Shown here piece after piece: positions 1-9,339 of a stretch of 64,000 bases of DNA; position 1 is the stretch's first letter; every line of letters begins with the position of its first letter. This DNA is from Candidatus Wolfebacteria bacterium RIFOXYD12_FULL_48_21. Lineage in GTDB: Bacteria > Patescibacteriota > Minisyncoccia > UBA6257 > UBA9933. The position numbers and the translations under genes were made by a program. Below the pieces are notes generated by a model. That model was not told where the DNA came from. It saw only the letters and a program-made list of their open reading frames with translations, and did not search any database. The stretch covers positions 129,630 to 193,629 of the forward strand of contig MGIW01000003.1 of NCBI GenBank assembly GCA_001793945.1. The letters are read 5' to 3'.

Positions 1-952
1 CCATCATTGCGTCATAGGAGTTTGCTGCAACCAGCTCAGGCATCTCATGATATTTTTCCTGATACATCGCAACAAACCTCTGCGCTTCCTTTTGACCCGA
101 CATCACATCGAACGGGTACGGATATACGATGCCGTCGGCAATGTCCGCGTAGTCCTTTTGCAGTGCGGCATTTTCCGCCCCCAATTGGCCAAGCCAGTTC
201 ACATTGATCCCTAATTCTTTTGCCTGCTTCATCGTTGCGCCCATTTTAGGGCCGGCCGCATGAATGTTCAAAATCGTATCGGGATTTTTTGCCTTTATCT
301 TTACCAGCTCCGTTCGCACATCATCTTGCGCCAACTCCACTCCCTCTACTGCAACAACGGTGCCACCCAACTTTTCAAATGCTTCCTTGAAATACTTGGC
401 ATGTTCTTCTCCGAACGGATTTTTTGCCTGTACGATGGCAACGGTGCGCGCATTGGTTTTTTCGTACGCATACCCCGCCAATGCATCCATCATATCCTTC
501 GTACTTGCGATCGTCCTGAAAAAATAATCATCCTGGCTCATTTGATTAAGCCCTGCAAAAGGAGATATCAGAATCACCTTGTTCTCGTTGATGATCGGAA
601 GCATCGGAATGACCGTTGAATTCCATGAATCACCCACAATGTATTTAACCTTATCGATCTCTATCAGTTTTTGAACTGCGCTTACCGCCTTCGCCGGGGA
701 TGCTTCGCTATCTTCAACGATAAGCTCCACTTTTTTACCGTTGATTCCACCGTTCTTATTGATCTCATCCCTCGCCAACTCGACGCCTCGCAACTCCTGC
801 TGTCCGAAGTATGCGGCATTACCGGTGAGTGTCCCAATCACGCCAATCTTGACCACATTCGCCTCTGCGCTTCCTTGATACATTACATATCCCCCTACCA
901 ACGCCACCACCGCAACAACGGCAGCGGTTATTATTTTTGTTGTTTTATTCAT
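1..952 (-). CDS. Branched-chain amino acid ABC transporter substrate-binding protein (LivJ/LivK-like), runs off window start
   Basis: Not in the ORF track; manual translation from ATG at 952 gives MNKTTKIITAAVVAVVALVGGY...VVKIGVIGTLTGNAAYFGQQELRGVELARDEINKNGGINGKKVELIVEDS, the typical type I periplasmic binding protein N-terminus. Confidence 0.9.
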   Translation of the reverse strand, partial: MNKTTKIITAAVVAVVALVGGYVMYQGSAEANVVKIGVIGTLTGNAAYFGQQELRGVELARDEINKNGGINGKKVELIVEDSEASPAKAVSAVQKLIEIDKVKYIVGDSWNSTVIPMLPIINENKVILISPFAGLNQMSQDDYFFRTIASTKDMMDALAGYAYEKTNARTVAIVQAKNPFGEEHAKYFKEAFEKLGGTVVAVEGVELAQDDVRTELVKIKAKNPDTILNIHAAGPKMGATMKQAKELGINVNWLGQLGAENAALQKDYADIADGIVYPYPFDVMSGQKEAQRFVAMYQEKYHEMPELVAANSYDAMM

Positions 953-1131
953 GTATATGTTATTTAAGATGTTGACCGATCGGGTCCATCATCCTTTTAT
1001 TTATTGATTATACTGCAATAGTACACTAAAATCTTATATCTGTCCATAATTTAAACATTTAATCCTCAATTATACCCGATAAATACTGCCGTATTTTGAT
1101 ATATTTAAAAACTGTTGTATTATTTAAACAT

Positions 1132-1866
1132 ATGGACCACACAAAGGAACTAATGGTTTTAACGCATTTTGGCCTTTCCCAGGCAGAAATCGATACTTAC
1201 CTTGCTTGCCTTAAACTTGGCGGATCTCCCGCAAGCACCATAGCCAAAACAACAGGAGCAAAACGAGCCTCTATTTATGCCGTTCTTAGATCGCTCGCAG
1301 AAAAAGGGTTCGTACTCCTTTATTTCAAAAAGGGGAAACGCGTGTACCACGCCGTCGATCCGCAAAAATTGCCCCGCATCTACGAAAAGAAACTGGACAT
1401 GCTCAGTAGTATGGTCCCCTACCTAAAATCAATCGAAAAAAGCCCGTTTAAGCCATTTGGTCTCCGTTTTATTGAAACCAGAGAAGAGCTGGAATTATTT
1501 TATAATGAAACATTGACCGGTCGTACGGGTGGCGAACATTATGTCATCGGCAATGTACTCGCCTGGGAGGGAATGGCCCATGATTTTTTTAAACGATACA
1601 GAGAACAGCGAGCAAAACAGAAGATCAAAACGCGACTACTGCTTTCTGCCGAGTCGGCTTCAAGTAACCCGATAGACCAATCACTCTTGCGAGAGGTTAA
1701 ATATCTTCCGGAAAAATACAAGTTTAAGAGTACTATCAACATATTCAGCGACAGTATTTTGATCATAAGCCCCGAACTCGAATCATTGGCGGTTGCTATT
1801 ACCGTACCGGCAATGATCGATGTCTTTAGGTCGATGTTCGATATTATTTGGGATTTCATCGATTGA
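1132..1866 (+). CDS. TrmB-family transcriptional regulator
   Basis: N-terminal HTH FGLSQAEIDTYLACLKLGGSPASTIAKTTGAKRASIYAVLRSLAEKGFV plus C-terminal effector domain ending FRSMFDIIWD; divergent from the binding protein. Confidence 0.85.
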   Translation: MDHTKELMVLTHFGLSQAEIDTYLACLKLGGSPASTIAKTTGAKRASIYAVLRSLAEKGFVLLYFKKGKRVYHAVDPQKLPRIYEKKLDMLSSMVPYLKSIEKSPFKPFGLRFIETREELELFYNETLTGRTGGEHYVIGNVLAWEGMAHDFFKRYREQRAKQKIKTRLLLSAESASSNPIDQSLLREVKYLPEKYKFKSTINIFSDSILIISPELESLAVAITVPAMIDVFRSMFDIIWDFID

Positions 1867-1899
1867 TCACCTTCATACTATTCCGTCATCGCAAGACGG

Positions 1900-1932
1900 A
1901 TAATGTAACGATGTCAGACATCGTTACATTAT
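1900..1932. repeat. Perfect palindrome ATAATGTAACGATGTC-A-GACATCGTTACATTAT, dispersed copy of the RAYT-associated repeat
   Basis: Same core as 28430-28458, 45184-45216, 45391-45419, 45930-45956; lies between convergent genes. Confidence 0.9.
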
Positions 1933-2762
1933 TTTTCTTTGTATTGTTTGATTGTTCCGTTTTCGATGATTAACTGGACCATGCCGTCGGTGTCGGTGCG
2001 GAACAGGCGGGCTTTGGCCTGTTTGATGCGGTCCAGCACTTCAGCGGTCGGGTGGCCGTAGGAGTTCTTGCCCACCTCTATTACGGCAATCGCGGGGCTA
2101 ACTACCCGCAAAAACTCCGCGGTCGTGGAAAATCGCGACCCGTGATGCGGGATCTTCAAGATATCCGCTTTGATGTTTTTACTCCCCACAAGCTGCAACT
2201 CCGTGTCTTTGCCTATGTCGCCCGTGAACAATGCCGAGATTCCTCCGCTTGTCAGCTTTGCCACCAGCGCACCTTCATTCTTGTTTTTCCCGTGCGCGGA
2301 CAAAATATCTATCTTGCTATCCATATATCTTATGCCATCCCCTTCGCTCAAGCTGACAACCGGAATATTCTTTTCTTTTACTAAACTTGCCAGCTCCTTA
2401 AAACTTTCCGAGTTACTTCCTGTGCCGTTATATATAAATGCGCCAACCTCATAGTGCTTCAATACATCAAGCAACCCGCCAAAATGGTCAAGTTCCGCGT
2501 GCGATAGCATAATAATATCAATATAGCGGTCATGCCAAGGCAATACAGCCCCCAATTGTTGCGCGGCCTTGCCGTTTGGCGGGCCGCCATCGATCAACAA
2601 TTTTACGCCGCCCGGCATAACCACCATTTCGCTATCGCCTTGCCCTACGGCAAAGAAATATAATTCGAGCCGCTTACCAAAGTCGTCGAATACAATGCTA
2701 CCCCACGCAAGCGCATCGAGGATGACTGTGCCGACGATGATTATTTTAAGATTGATTTTCAT
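1929..2762 (-). CDS. ComEC/Rec2-type metallo-beta-lactamase fold protein
   Basis: Motifs VGQGDS, LIDGG, SHAELDHFGGL, LFTGD, LKIPHHGS, NSYGHP. Confidence 0.9.
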   Translation of the reverse strand: MKINLKIIIVGTVILDALAWGSIVFDDFGKRLELYFFAVGQGDSEMVVMPGGVKLLIDGGPPNGKAAQQLGAVLPWHDRYIDIIMLSHAELDHFGGLLDVLKHYEVGAFIYNGTGSNSESFKELASLVKEKNIPVVSLSEGDGIRYMDSKIDILSAHGKNKNEGALVAKLTSGGISALFTGDIGKDTELQLVGSKNIKADILKIPHHGSRFSTTAEFLRVVSPAIAVIEVGKNSYGHPTAEVLDRIKQAKARLFRTDTDGMVQLIIENGTIKQYKEK

Positions 2763-3046
2763 AGGGAAGTTATGTCATTCCGTAACTGAGCTTGTCGAAG
2801 TGATACGGAATCTCGTTGATCAAATACGAGATCCTGAAACAAGTTCAGGATGACATTCAATACCGAAGCGTCCAACATGTACGCCTTGCGAAGGCGTACA
2901 TATGGTTCAAATTCTATTACATATTGCCTTCGGCAAGCGCCGGTAGTGGATTCCCGCCGGAGTTTACCCCGTACTGCGATACGGGGCCCGAAGTTCGGGA
3001 ATGACAAGAGAGGAGCCGGTATGACAATATACACGAGACGCGTCTT

Positions 3047-4486
3047 CTACGCATCGCCCAATATTTGCGTCTTGCGATGACGCAAATATAGTAGTATTCC
3101 TCCGACGACTGCGTAATAGAACAATAACAATACACCCGTCATTGGCATTGCAAATCCTTTATATGCGCCGAACAGCTCTATTACTCCTATCTCGTATTGC
3201 AACAGCACCGACACACCCCACGCGGGTATGGTCGCTAGCGGAACCGCAACAAACCCGATTGCCGCTATAAGAAATCCCAATCCCATTGTAACGGGAATAA
3301 ACGAGAGGATGACAATATTGGATGCGAGCGACACCAGCGAAAACGAACCGATTGATTGCATGAGTATGGGAAACACCATGAGCTGCGCCGACAGCGTACC
3401 CGACAAGTTTTCCCGCCAATTTAGCACGCCGCTTTTCTTTCGCTTAATGTATGCATCAAGATATGGCTTCACATAAATGATGCCTATTAGTGCGACAAAT
3501 GAAAGCTGAAACCCGAGGTCGTACCGAAGCACATTCGGGTTATACAACACCATAGCGCAGGCGCTTATGGCTATCGCGTTGCGCATGCTATGTGTGCGCC
3601 CAATGTGAGTTGCCAACAACACGATACTCCCCATGATCGCCGCGCGCACCACCGATGCTTCGGCGCCGGCCATGACCACGAAGCCTACTACAGCGCCGAG
3701 TGTTGCGTAAAACGCCGCTGTGCGGCGCAACAGCAACCCACAGGCCAACAGTATCGCTTCCGCAACCACACTAATGTTATACCCGGACAGCGCAACCAAG
3801 TGCGTCGTGCCGCTGTTTGCCATATTTTCCCTGAACTCCCAGTCGAACTCGGCGCGTTCGCCCAGTGTGATCCCCGCGAGCAGTGCCGCTTCGTCGGCAG
3901 GCAATGTCCGCTTGTATGTTTCAACGGCTGATCTTCTTATCGCAAATAGTCGCGTTACAATCGGATTGCCGTCGTTTCTTTTTACTCTATCCACTTCGGG
4001 AAATTGCATCGTTGCAAACAATGCGTCTTTCAATAAAAACCTCCAGCTATCTTCTTTTGGTCTTTGTATGTTTCCTGTCAGCACAAGCGCATCGCCATAT
4101 GCTACGGTCGGATATGCCCGAGCTACTACCGAAAGTCTTCCCGTATGCGGCTCGTCCAGCCGCACGATAAGCCTTTGGCTGTTTTCCATCTTGCGGACCT
4201 CTATTACATGCGCGCGTATTGCCGCCTGCGTGCCTATGAGCGGCGCTATTTGGTCCTGTTGATGCACATTATATCCGGTCCAATACAGCCCTCCCAATAT
4301 GCCCATGAGCGCAAGCGTAGCCAGCCACCCCAGTCGGACACTCCCTTTTTTGTATGCGATCCAACCGAGGCTTCCCGCAATGACCACAACGCTTGCGGAC
4401 ATGCCCGAGAGGTTCATTGCCGGGGCAAAAAATATGCCAAGCAGAAAAAACACGATCCCGAAAAATACGGATTCGTGGAGGTGCAT
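3047..4486 (-). CDS. comEC: ComEC/Rec2 competence membrane protein
   Basis: GTTHLVALSGYNI, ASVVRAAIM, DLGFQLSF motifs; multiple TM segments. Confidence 0.93.
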   Translation of the reverse strand: MHLHESVFFGIVFFLLGIFFAPAMNLSGMSASVVVIAGSLGWIAYKKGSVRLGWLATLALMGILGGLYWTGYNVHQQDQIAPLIGTQAAIRAHVIEVRKMENSQRLIVRLDEPHTGRLSVVARAYPTVAYGDALVLTGNIQRPKEDSWRFLLKDALFATMQFPEVDRVKRNDGNPIVTRLFAIRRSAVETYKRTLPADEAALLAGITLGERAEFDWEFRENMANSGTTHLVALSGYNISVVAEAILLACGLLLRRTAAFYATLGAVVGFVVMAGAEASVVRAAIMGSIVLLATHIGRTHSMRNAIAISACAMVLYNPNVLRYDLGFQLSFVALIGIIYVKPYLDAYIKRKKSGVLNWRENLSGTLSAQLMVFPILMQSIGSFSLVSLASNIVILSFIPVTMGLGFLIAAIGFVAVPLATIPAWGVSVLLQYEIGVIELFGAYKGFAMPMTGVLLLFYYAVVGGILLYLRHRKTQILGDA

Positions 4487-4747
4487 ATTAGATTTGTGAC
4501 ATGGTTAATGTTGCAAGGTGCATGGGAATGTTTATCATCCCCGGCGCTTTTATTTGTCATCCCGAACTTCGGGCCCCGTATCGCAGTGCGGGGTAAACTC
4601 CGGCGGGGATCCAGAGTTTTCTGCAGTGGCGGTGTTTGGATATTCAGACTCTGGATCCCGTGTCCCCGTATCGTGGTACGGGGCAGGCTGCGCACGGGAT
4701 GACAATACGAAGAGGAGTGACGATTTGCGCAGGGATGGAACAATTGC

Positions 4748-5275
4748 TTAAAAATCTACGCCTTTTTTTGCTTTTATCCCCTTTGAAAACGCGTGTTTTA
4801 TTTCGTTCATTTCCGTTACGGTGTCGGCCAATGCGATGAAACTTTTTGGCGCGTTGCGACCGGTCAGAATTACATCGATGCTTTCGGGGACTTTTTTTAA
4901 TAAGTCAGTTACGCTTTTTGCCGTAATCAATTTCAATTCCACTGCATTGTTTATTTCGTCAAGGATCACGAGGTCGTATTTTTTTGACGCGATTAATTTC
5001 TTTGCTTCTTGCAGTCCATCTTCGGCCGCCTTTTTATGTTCCTTGAATGGCAATGCATCTCCTGGAAGATTTACAAACCCTTTTCCTGTTTTGATTATTC
5101 TGAATTTGCCCGTAGGTATGTTGCATGCCTTTGCGAATAGGTCTTCCCCACTCTTCCATGGACCTTTTATGAACTGTATCATCACAACCTTTTTCCCGTA
5201 GCCCAATGCACGCAAGGCTACGCCAAGTGAGGCGGTTGTCTTTCCTTTTCCATTGCCAGTGTTTATGAGGATCAT
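4748..5275 (-). CDS. cobO: Cob(I)yrinic acid a,c-diamide adenosyltransferase (CobO/BtuR family)
   Basis: TGNGKGKTTASLG, IQFIKG, LVILDEI, ILTGR, ADTVTEM, KHAF motifs. Confidence 0.9.
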   Translation of the reverse strand: MILINTGNGKGKTTASLGVALRALGYGKKVVMIQFIKGPWKSGEDLFAKACNIPTGKFRIIKTGKGFVNLPGDALPFKEHKKAAEDGLQEAKKLIASKKYDLVILDEINNAVELKLITAKSVTDLLKKVPESIDVILTGRNAPKSFIALADTVTEMNEIKHAFSKGIKAKKGVDF

Positions 5276-5594
5276 ATTGCTTTCATTGTAGCAAAATAAA
5301 AAAGCGGCGTCAGCCGTTTTTTACTTCTTCGCCGTAATCATACACTTTGCATAACCCTTTATTAATATTGTCTTTTCTCAAATTTTCTATTACCATACTA
5401 TTAAGTAAAGGTTACTGATACTATAATTTCACTACTCCGATAGTACCTGTAAACCATTTCAAAAAATTAAGCGAGCCTGAAGGGCTTTTGTAAGAGAAGC
5501 TGGCTCGCCTTGCCGATGTGGCAAATAATACTATTGTTAAAACTAAACAGTAATTGACCCAATATTATCATAATTTAGATTTTAATTTTCAATC

Positions 5595-6524
5595 ATGACC
5601 ACCGACGAGGCCCAAGATAAAAAACCCATAGTTTCGGAAAGAGATTTTTACGATTTAGTCGACAATACGCCGATTTGCATCAAAGCCTTCGACAAGGACG
5701 GCAAGCTTATTTTTGTTAACAAGGGGGGCAGGGATGAGCATTCTATCAAAGATACCGACGACATCTCCAAATGGGACTGGCTGGGAACAGTCAAAGAACC
5801 ATACCGAGCCGCGGCTTGGGAAAAATTTGAAAAAGCGCTAAAGGGAGAGCCGAGCACCGTTGAATTTGAACATACACCGGAAGGATCAAAACATGCGTGG
5901 TGTTCCGGCACTCTTTCCCCTATCAAAGATGAAAACGGCAATGTTAAATCCGTCTTGTTTTATTCCATTGATGTTAGCTCCCTAAAGGTTGCCGAGCTGG
6001 CGGCACAAGAAAGGGAACAGATGTTTCAAACACTCCTTGATTCCGTTCCTCTTTGCATTAAATGGTTTAATGCAAAAGGTAATTTAATTTCAGTGAATAA
6101 AGGAGGTAGAAAGGAGCATTTTCTGGAAAATTTAACCGAAGAGGAAATTACAAATTGGGACTACATGGGATGCATTGACGAGGCATATCGCTCGCAAGTC
6201 AAAGAAAGCATGACTGCGGCACTGAAGGGAGTAGGGAGCAGCTTTCCCATAAAGCATCCCCCCGGAACCTCGGAAGGCACATGGTGCCAATCTACCATGC
6301 TGCCGGTAAAAGGTTACGACGGCAACATCAAATATGTCTTATTTTTGTCGCGAGACATAACCGACGAAAAATTAATAGGAGAAGAACGGCAAAAATCAGA
6401 AGCAGAAATGAAGCAAAAAAATGAAGAGCTGGAAATATTTAACAAAATGACCGTCAATAGAGAGCTGAAGATGATTGAATTAAAGGAGAAAATAAAAGAA
6501 TTGGAAGAAAAATCGCACCCGTAA
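5595..6524 (+). CDS. Tandem PAS-domain protein with C-terminal coiled coil, no output domain
   Basis: Two internally similar PAS repeats (PICIKAFDKDGKLIFVNKGGRDEH / PLCIKWFNAKGNLISVNKGGRKEH), RDIT motif, tail NRELKMIELK. Confidence 0.85.
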   Translation: MTTDEAQDKKPIVSERDFYDLVDNTPICIKAFDKDGKLIFVNKGGRDEHSIKDTDDISKWDWLGTVKEPYRAAAWEKFEKALKGEPSTVEFEHTPEGSKHAWCSGTLSPIKDENGNVKSVLFYSIDVSSLKVAELAAQEREQMFQTLLDSVPLCIKWFNAKGNLISVNKGGRKEHFLENLTEEEITNWDYMGCIDEAYRSQVKESMTAALKGVGSSFPIKHPPGTSEGTWCQSTMLPVKGYDGNIKYVLFLSRDITDEKLIGEERQKSEAEMKQKNEELEIFNKMTVNRELKMIELKEKIKELEEKSHP

Positions 6525-6542
6525 TTTTACGGGTGCGATTTT
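6510..6542. terminator. Bidirectional intrinsic terminator
   Basis: AAAATCGCACCCGTAA-TT-TTACGGGTGCGATTTT overlapping the PAS gene stop. Confidence 0.7.
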
Positions 6543-6686
6543 AAATTCATCATTATTTCGACTTTAATTACGCCCTTGTGTCGCAATCATACGCTTCGCG
6601 CGAACCCACTCTTGAACGGAACCGGGGAAGCCGCTCCGGTGCTGCTCGCCACTACTCGCCGACCAGTAAAAAAGTCTTCTCTGCAT

Positions 6687-6814
6687 TTCCGAATTTGCTC
6701 GCAAGTATGTTGCATTCCTTTGCGAACAGGTCTTCCCTCTCCCGTTGCCGGTGTTTATGAGAATCATATTGCTTTCAATGTAGCAAAATTAAAAAACGGC
6801 GTCAGCCGTTTTTT
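6687..6814 (-). pseudogene. Internally deleted duplicate of the cobO 5' end and its upstream region
   Basis: Aligns to 5097-5148 then 5238-5322; translates MILINTGNGRGKT then shifts frame. Confidence 0.85.
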
Positions 6815-6820
6815 GCCATG

Positions 6821-6903
6821 TGCGCGGGAGAGGACTTGAACCTCCACGGGATTGCTCCCACAACCACCTCAAGGTTGCGCGCCTGCCATTTCGCCACCCG
6901 CGC
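6821..6903 (-). tRNA. tRNA-Leu(GAG)
   Basis: GCGCGGG acceptor stem, CAACC-TTGAGGT-GGTTG anticodon arm, long variable arm, GGTTCAAGTCC T arm; CCA not encoded. Confidence 0.95.
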
Positions 6904-6908
6904 GTACA

Positions 6909-7556
6909 TTACCCACCAATACTATCTAAAACCTTCCTAATTTTCAAGTGCTTGCGGGATAGACATCTTACATCATCCGCATAGTACATATATTTGATTA
7001 ATATATCTGATTCTTTCTTCGCGTACCTTAATTGATACACCGAGCTGCTTGGTTTTTCCGCACAATGCCCTTTTATTCCGCACGACTGATTTATCTCCGA
7101 GCGTAGCCAATCAATATGACCGCGACTTGCCGAAACGAAGCTCGTATAATACATGAGGCTTGATTTCCACCGCGGATCCCAGTATGAATAAAAGCACCCA
7201 TCCCCATCAAAATGCCCCCTCAAGAAATCTGCAAAATATTTTTTAGGAATATTTATTTCTTTTAAAATTTTTGTCTTATTCGGCATCAAACCTATTTCTA
7301 TCAAAAAATCATAGAATATTCTGTCTCCCAATTGGATCCGAAAATAATCTTTCTTCTCAGTATATCCGCTCGTATGGCCCTCGGTTTTATTGGAAATACC
7401 AAGACATTCCCTAAAATTATTGATCATCTCCAAATCCTTTGATACAAGAACGATATGTCTCCCATCTTTCGAAAGGCTTCCGTCCGTCACAATCAACCCA
7501 ATCGCATACGCGAACTCAGGAGACCATTCCAGCCTTACTTTGCCGAGCGGTTTCAT
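6909..7556 (-). CDS. LAGLIDADG homing endonuclease-like protein
   Basis: Two motifs AYAIGLIVTDGSL and DFLRGHFDGDGCF. Confidence 0.9.
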   Translation of the reverse strand: MKPLGKVRLEWSPEFAYAIGLIVTDGSLSKDGRHIVLVSKDLEMINNFRECLGISNKTEGHTSGYTEKKDYFRIQLGDRIFYDFLIEIGLMPNKTKILKEINIPKKYFADFLRGHFDGDGCFYSYWDPRWKSSLMYYTSFVSASRGHIDWLRSEINQSCGIKGHCAEKPSSSVYQLRYAKKESDILIKYMYYADDVRCLSRKHLKIRKVLDSIGG

Positions 7557-7563
7557 AATCTTA

Positions 7564-7597
7564 ATTATATCACCTCAAGGTTGTAGCGTCTACCAAT
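7564..7597 (-). promoter_or_regulatory. Sigma70-type promoter of the LAGLIDADG gene overlapping a tRNA-Leu D-arm/anticodon remnant
   Basis: Minus strand TAGACG-17nt-TATAAT with TGn extension, ATG 7 nt later; 7571-7583 identical to 6865-6877 of the tRNA. Confidence 0.7.
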
Positions 7598-7641
7598 ATA
7601 TTCATCAAAAAATCCTCCGTCGGCTGACGGAGGCTCTTTTA

Positions 7642-7965
7642 TTATGCGGCAATGCCGATCTTTTCCCGGGTCTTCTTTTTCGAAAGACTTCGAACGAAGT
7701 AGAGTTTTGCGCGGCGCACTTTTTTCGGGGCGGTGAGCACTTCCACCTTCGAGATCAACGGAGTGTTGAACGGATACACCTTTTCAACGCCAATTTCGCT
7801 GATGATCGAACGGACGGTAAATGTCGAACCGATCTCCTTGCCATGCTTTGTCGCAATAACGATCCCCTGGAATTTGCTGACGCGTTCCTTTTCGCCATCT
7901 TTGATGCGCTCCCAAACGCGAACGCTTGCTCCCGGCTTTATTTTTGCCATGAGTTCTTTATCCAT
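7642..7965 (-). CDS. rplS: 50S ribosomal protein L19
   Basis: FQGIVIA, TFTVR, GVEKVYP, KVRRAKLYFVR. Confidence 0.97.
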   Translation of the reverse strand: MDKELMAKIKPGASVRVWERIKDGEKERVSKFQGIVIATKHGKEIGSTFTVRSIISEIGVEKVYPFNTPLISKVEVLTAPKKVRRAKLYFVRSLSKKKTREKIGIAA

Positions 7966-8252
7966 AGTTCGCTTATATTAGTAGATTATGGGGCTGTTGT
8001 CAAACGCACTCTGTCATTCCGAGCGCGGGTCCCGTATCAAGTACGGGATAAACTCCGGCGGGAATCCAGTGTCTTTAATATAGGTCATCACTACTGCAGA
8101 AAACTCTGGATCCCGTGTCGGAGCACGGGATGACACTGCGGGGAGCGGTGGAAATGTGAGATTAGAGGTGTGAGATGTGAGGCGTGGGGATGATGATGCG
8201 AATAAAAACCCCTGCCGTTAAGCAGGGGGTGTATGCAAACAAACGAACAGAC

Positions 8253-9116
8253 TCACTCACAATAAAATCGAGAGCACTTCACTTCGTGCATCCTTGTCGG
8301 AGCAGGCGGGTAAAGTCTTTTGGCGATCTTTGCCAGTAGGTAGCTAACGGCAATGGTCGCCGCCAGAAAAGTCGCGAGTTCGATGTATTGAACCGAACCG
8401 GTGAGAACCATGCCGAGCGCGCCGGGAAAGGCGAGCAATAGGGTGGCACCTTCAGTGGTGGTGTATTTGCCGTAGCTGAGTATTAACGCGCCAATTATCA
8501 CAATAACCACGATAAAGACTGAGCTGAGAACGCCACTGAGTGATGGTATAGGGTGGTTGCCTGCGCCAATAGCGATGAGTGCTATGGCGAATCCGGACAT
8601 GACACAGAGCAAAAGCTGTCCATAAAACCAAAATAATTTTTTGTCGCTTTTGCCGCTTCTTTGGCTGCACAGACTTGATACTGCCACTCCGGCAACGATT
8701 GCCGCCAGAACAGCCGTCATGAGCCACATTGTTTCCTTTAGGGGTTTTGGTTCGGTAAGTTTCTCCTCCGACCATCTCCCATTTTTTAGATTGATCGCGG
8801 TTTTGGTGATCTGCGTCTCCCGCGCCATGGGCAGTCCGAATACCCAAGAACCTCTTTCATCCACCTTTTCCATCTCATACACTCCCTCCCCTTGCCGAAC
8901 AATGGCGAGGACCTTAGGGATGTCTTTCGCGGGAAAATCAATTGGCGGAAGGGCATATCGCTCCGTTTCGGTTACTACTTTCACGACCAATGCGCCTTGC
9001 TCGGTGGTTACCGTTTCCTCTGCCGTCGGCAGTGGCGGCATTTCTGCTTTGGCGATACCTGCAAACAGGGAACATACAAACATTGCCGCAAACAACCCAC
9101 TATTGAGTGTCTCCAC
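8253..9116 (-). CDS. Hypothetical membrane protein (signal peptide, soluble domain, ~5 TM)
   Basis: 287-aa ORF, GTG start with AGGAGG SD, own TTGACA promoter (9193-9198) and terminator (8203-8231). Confidence 0.75.
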   Translation of the reverse strand: METLNSGLFAAMFVCSLFAGIAKAEMPPLPTAEETVTTEQGALVVKVVTETERYALPPIDFPAKDIPKVLAIVRQGEGVYEMEKVDERGSWVFGLPMARETQITKTAINLKNGRWSEEKLTEPKPLKETMWLMTAVLAAIVAGVAVSSLCSQRSGKSDKKLFWFYGQLLLCVMSGFAIALIAIGAGNHPIPSLSGVLSSVFIVVIVIIGALILSYGKYTTTEGATLLLAFPGALGMVLTGSVQYIELATFLAATIAVSYLLAKIAKRLYPPAPTRMHEVKCSRFYCE

Positions 9117-9339
9117 TTTTTCTCCTCCTTAAAAATCTGTTTTATAATTGTGTAAAGGTTTCTGACTGAAGAATGCACTAAATGTTTGTTTTTGTCAAAT
9201 CCTGTATTCCGAGTGGAGTGGAGCGCGTGCCGCCATATCCGCCAGCTGACGGAGGTGGAGCAGGAATCTGCTGCCACTCACAACTGCAGATCCCTCGGCA
9301 GGCTCGGGATGACAACTCAAGAAAGTTGTTTACCGCGCC

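Noticed and set aside
7-967. Plus-strand ORFs in the ORF track
   Set aside because: Antisense shadows of the minus-strand binding-protein gene that runs off the window
2759-3135. Short ORFs over repeat clusters (also 4414-4839, 10142-10469, 25861-26088, 34788-35198, 37270-37512, 60437-61019)
   Set aside because: Translations consist of REP-derived peptides (VIPAKAGI, WIPASAGMT, RSLPRT) recurring in many frames, with no start context
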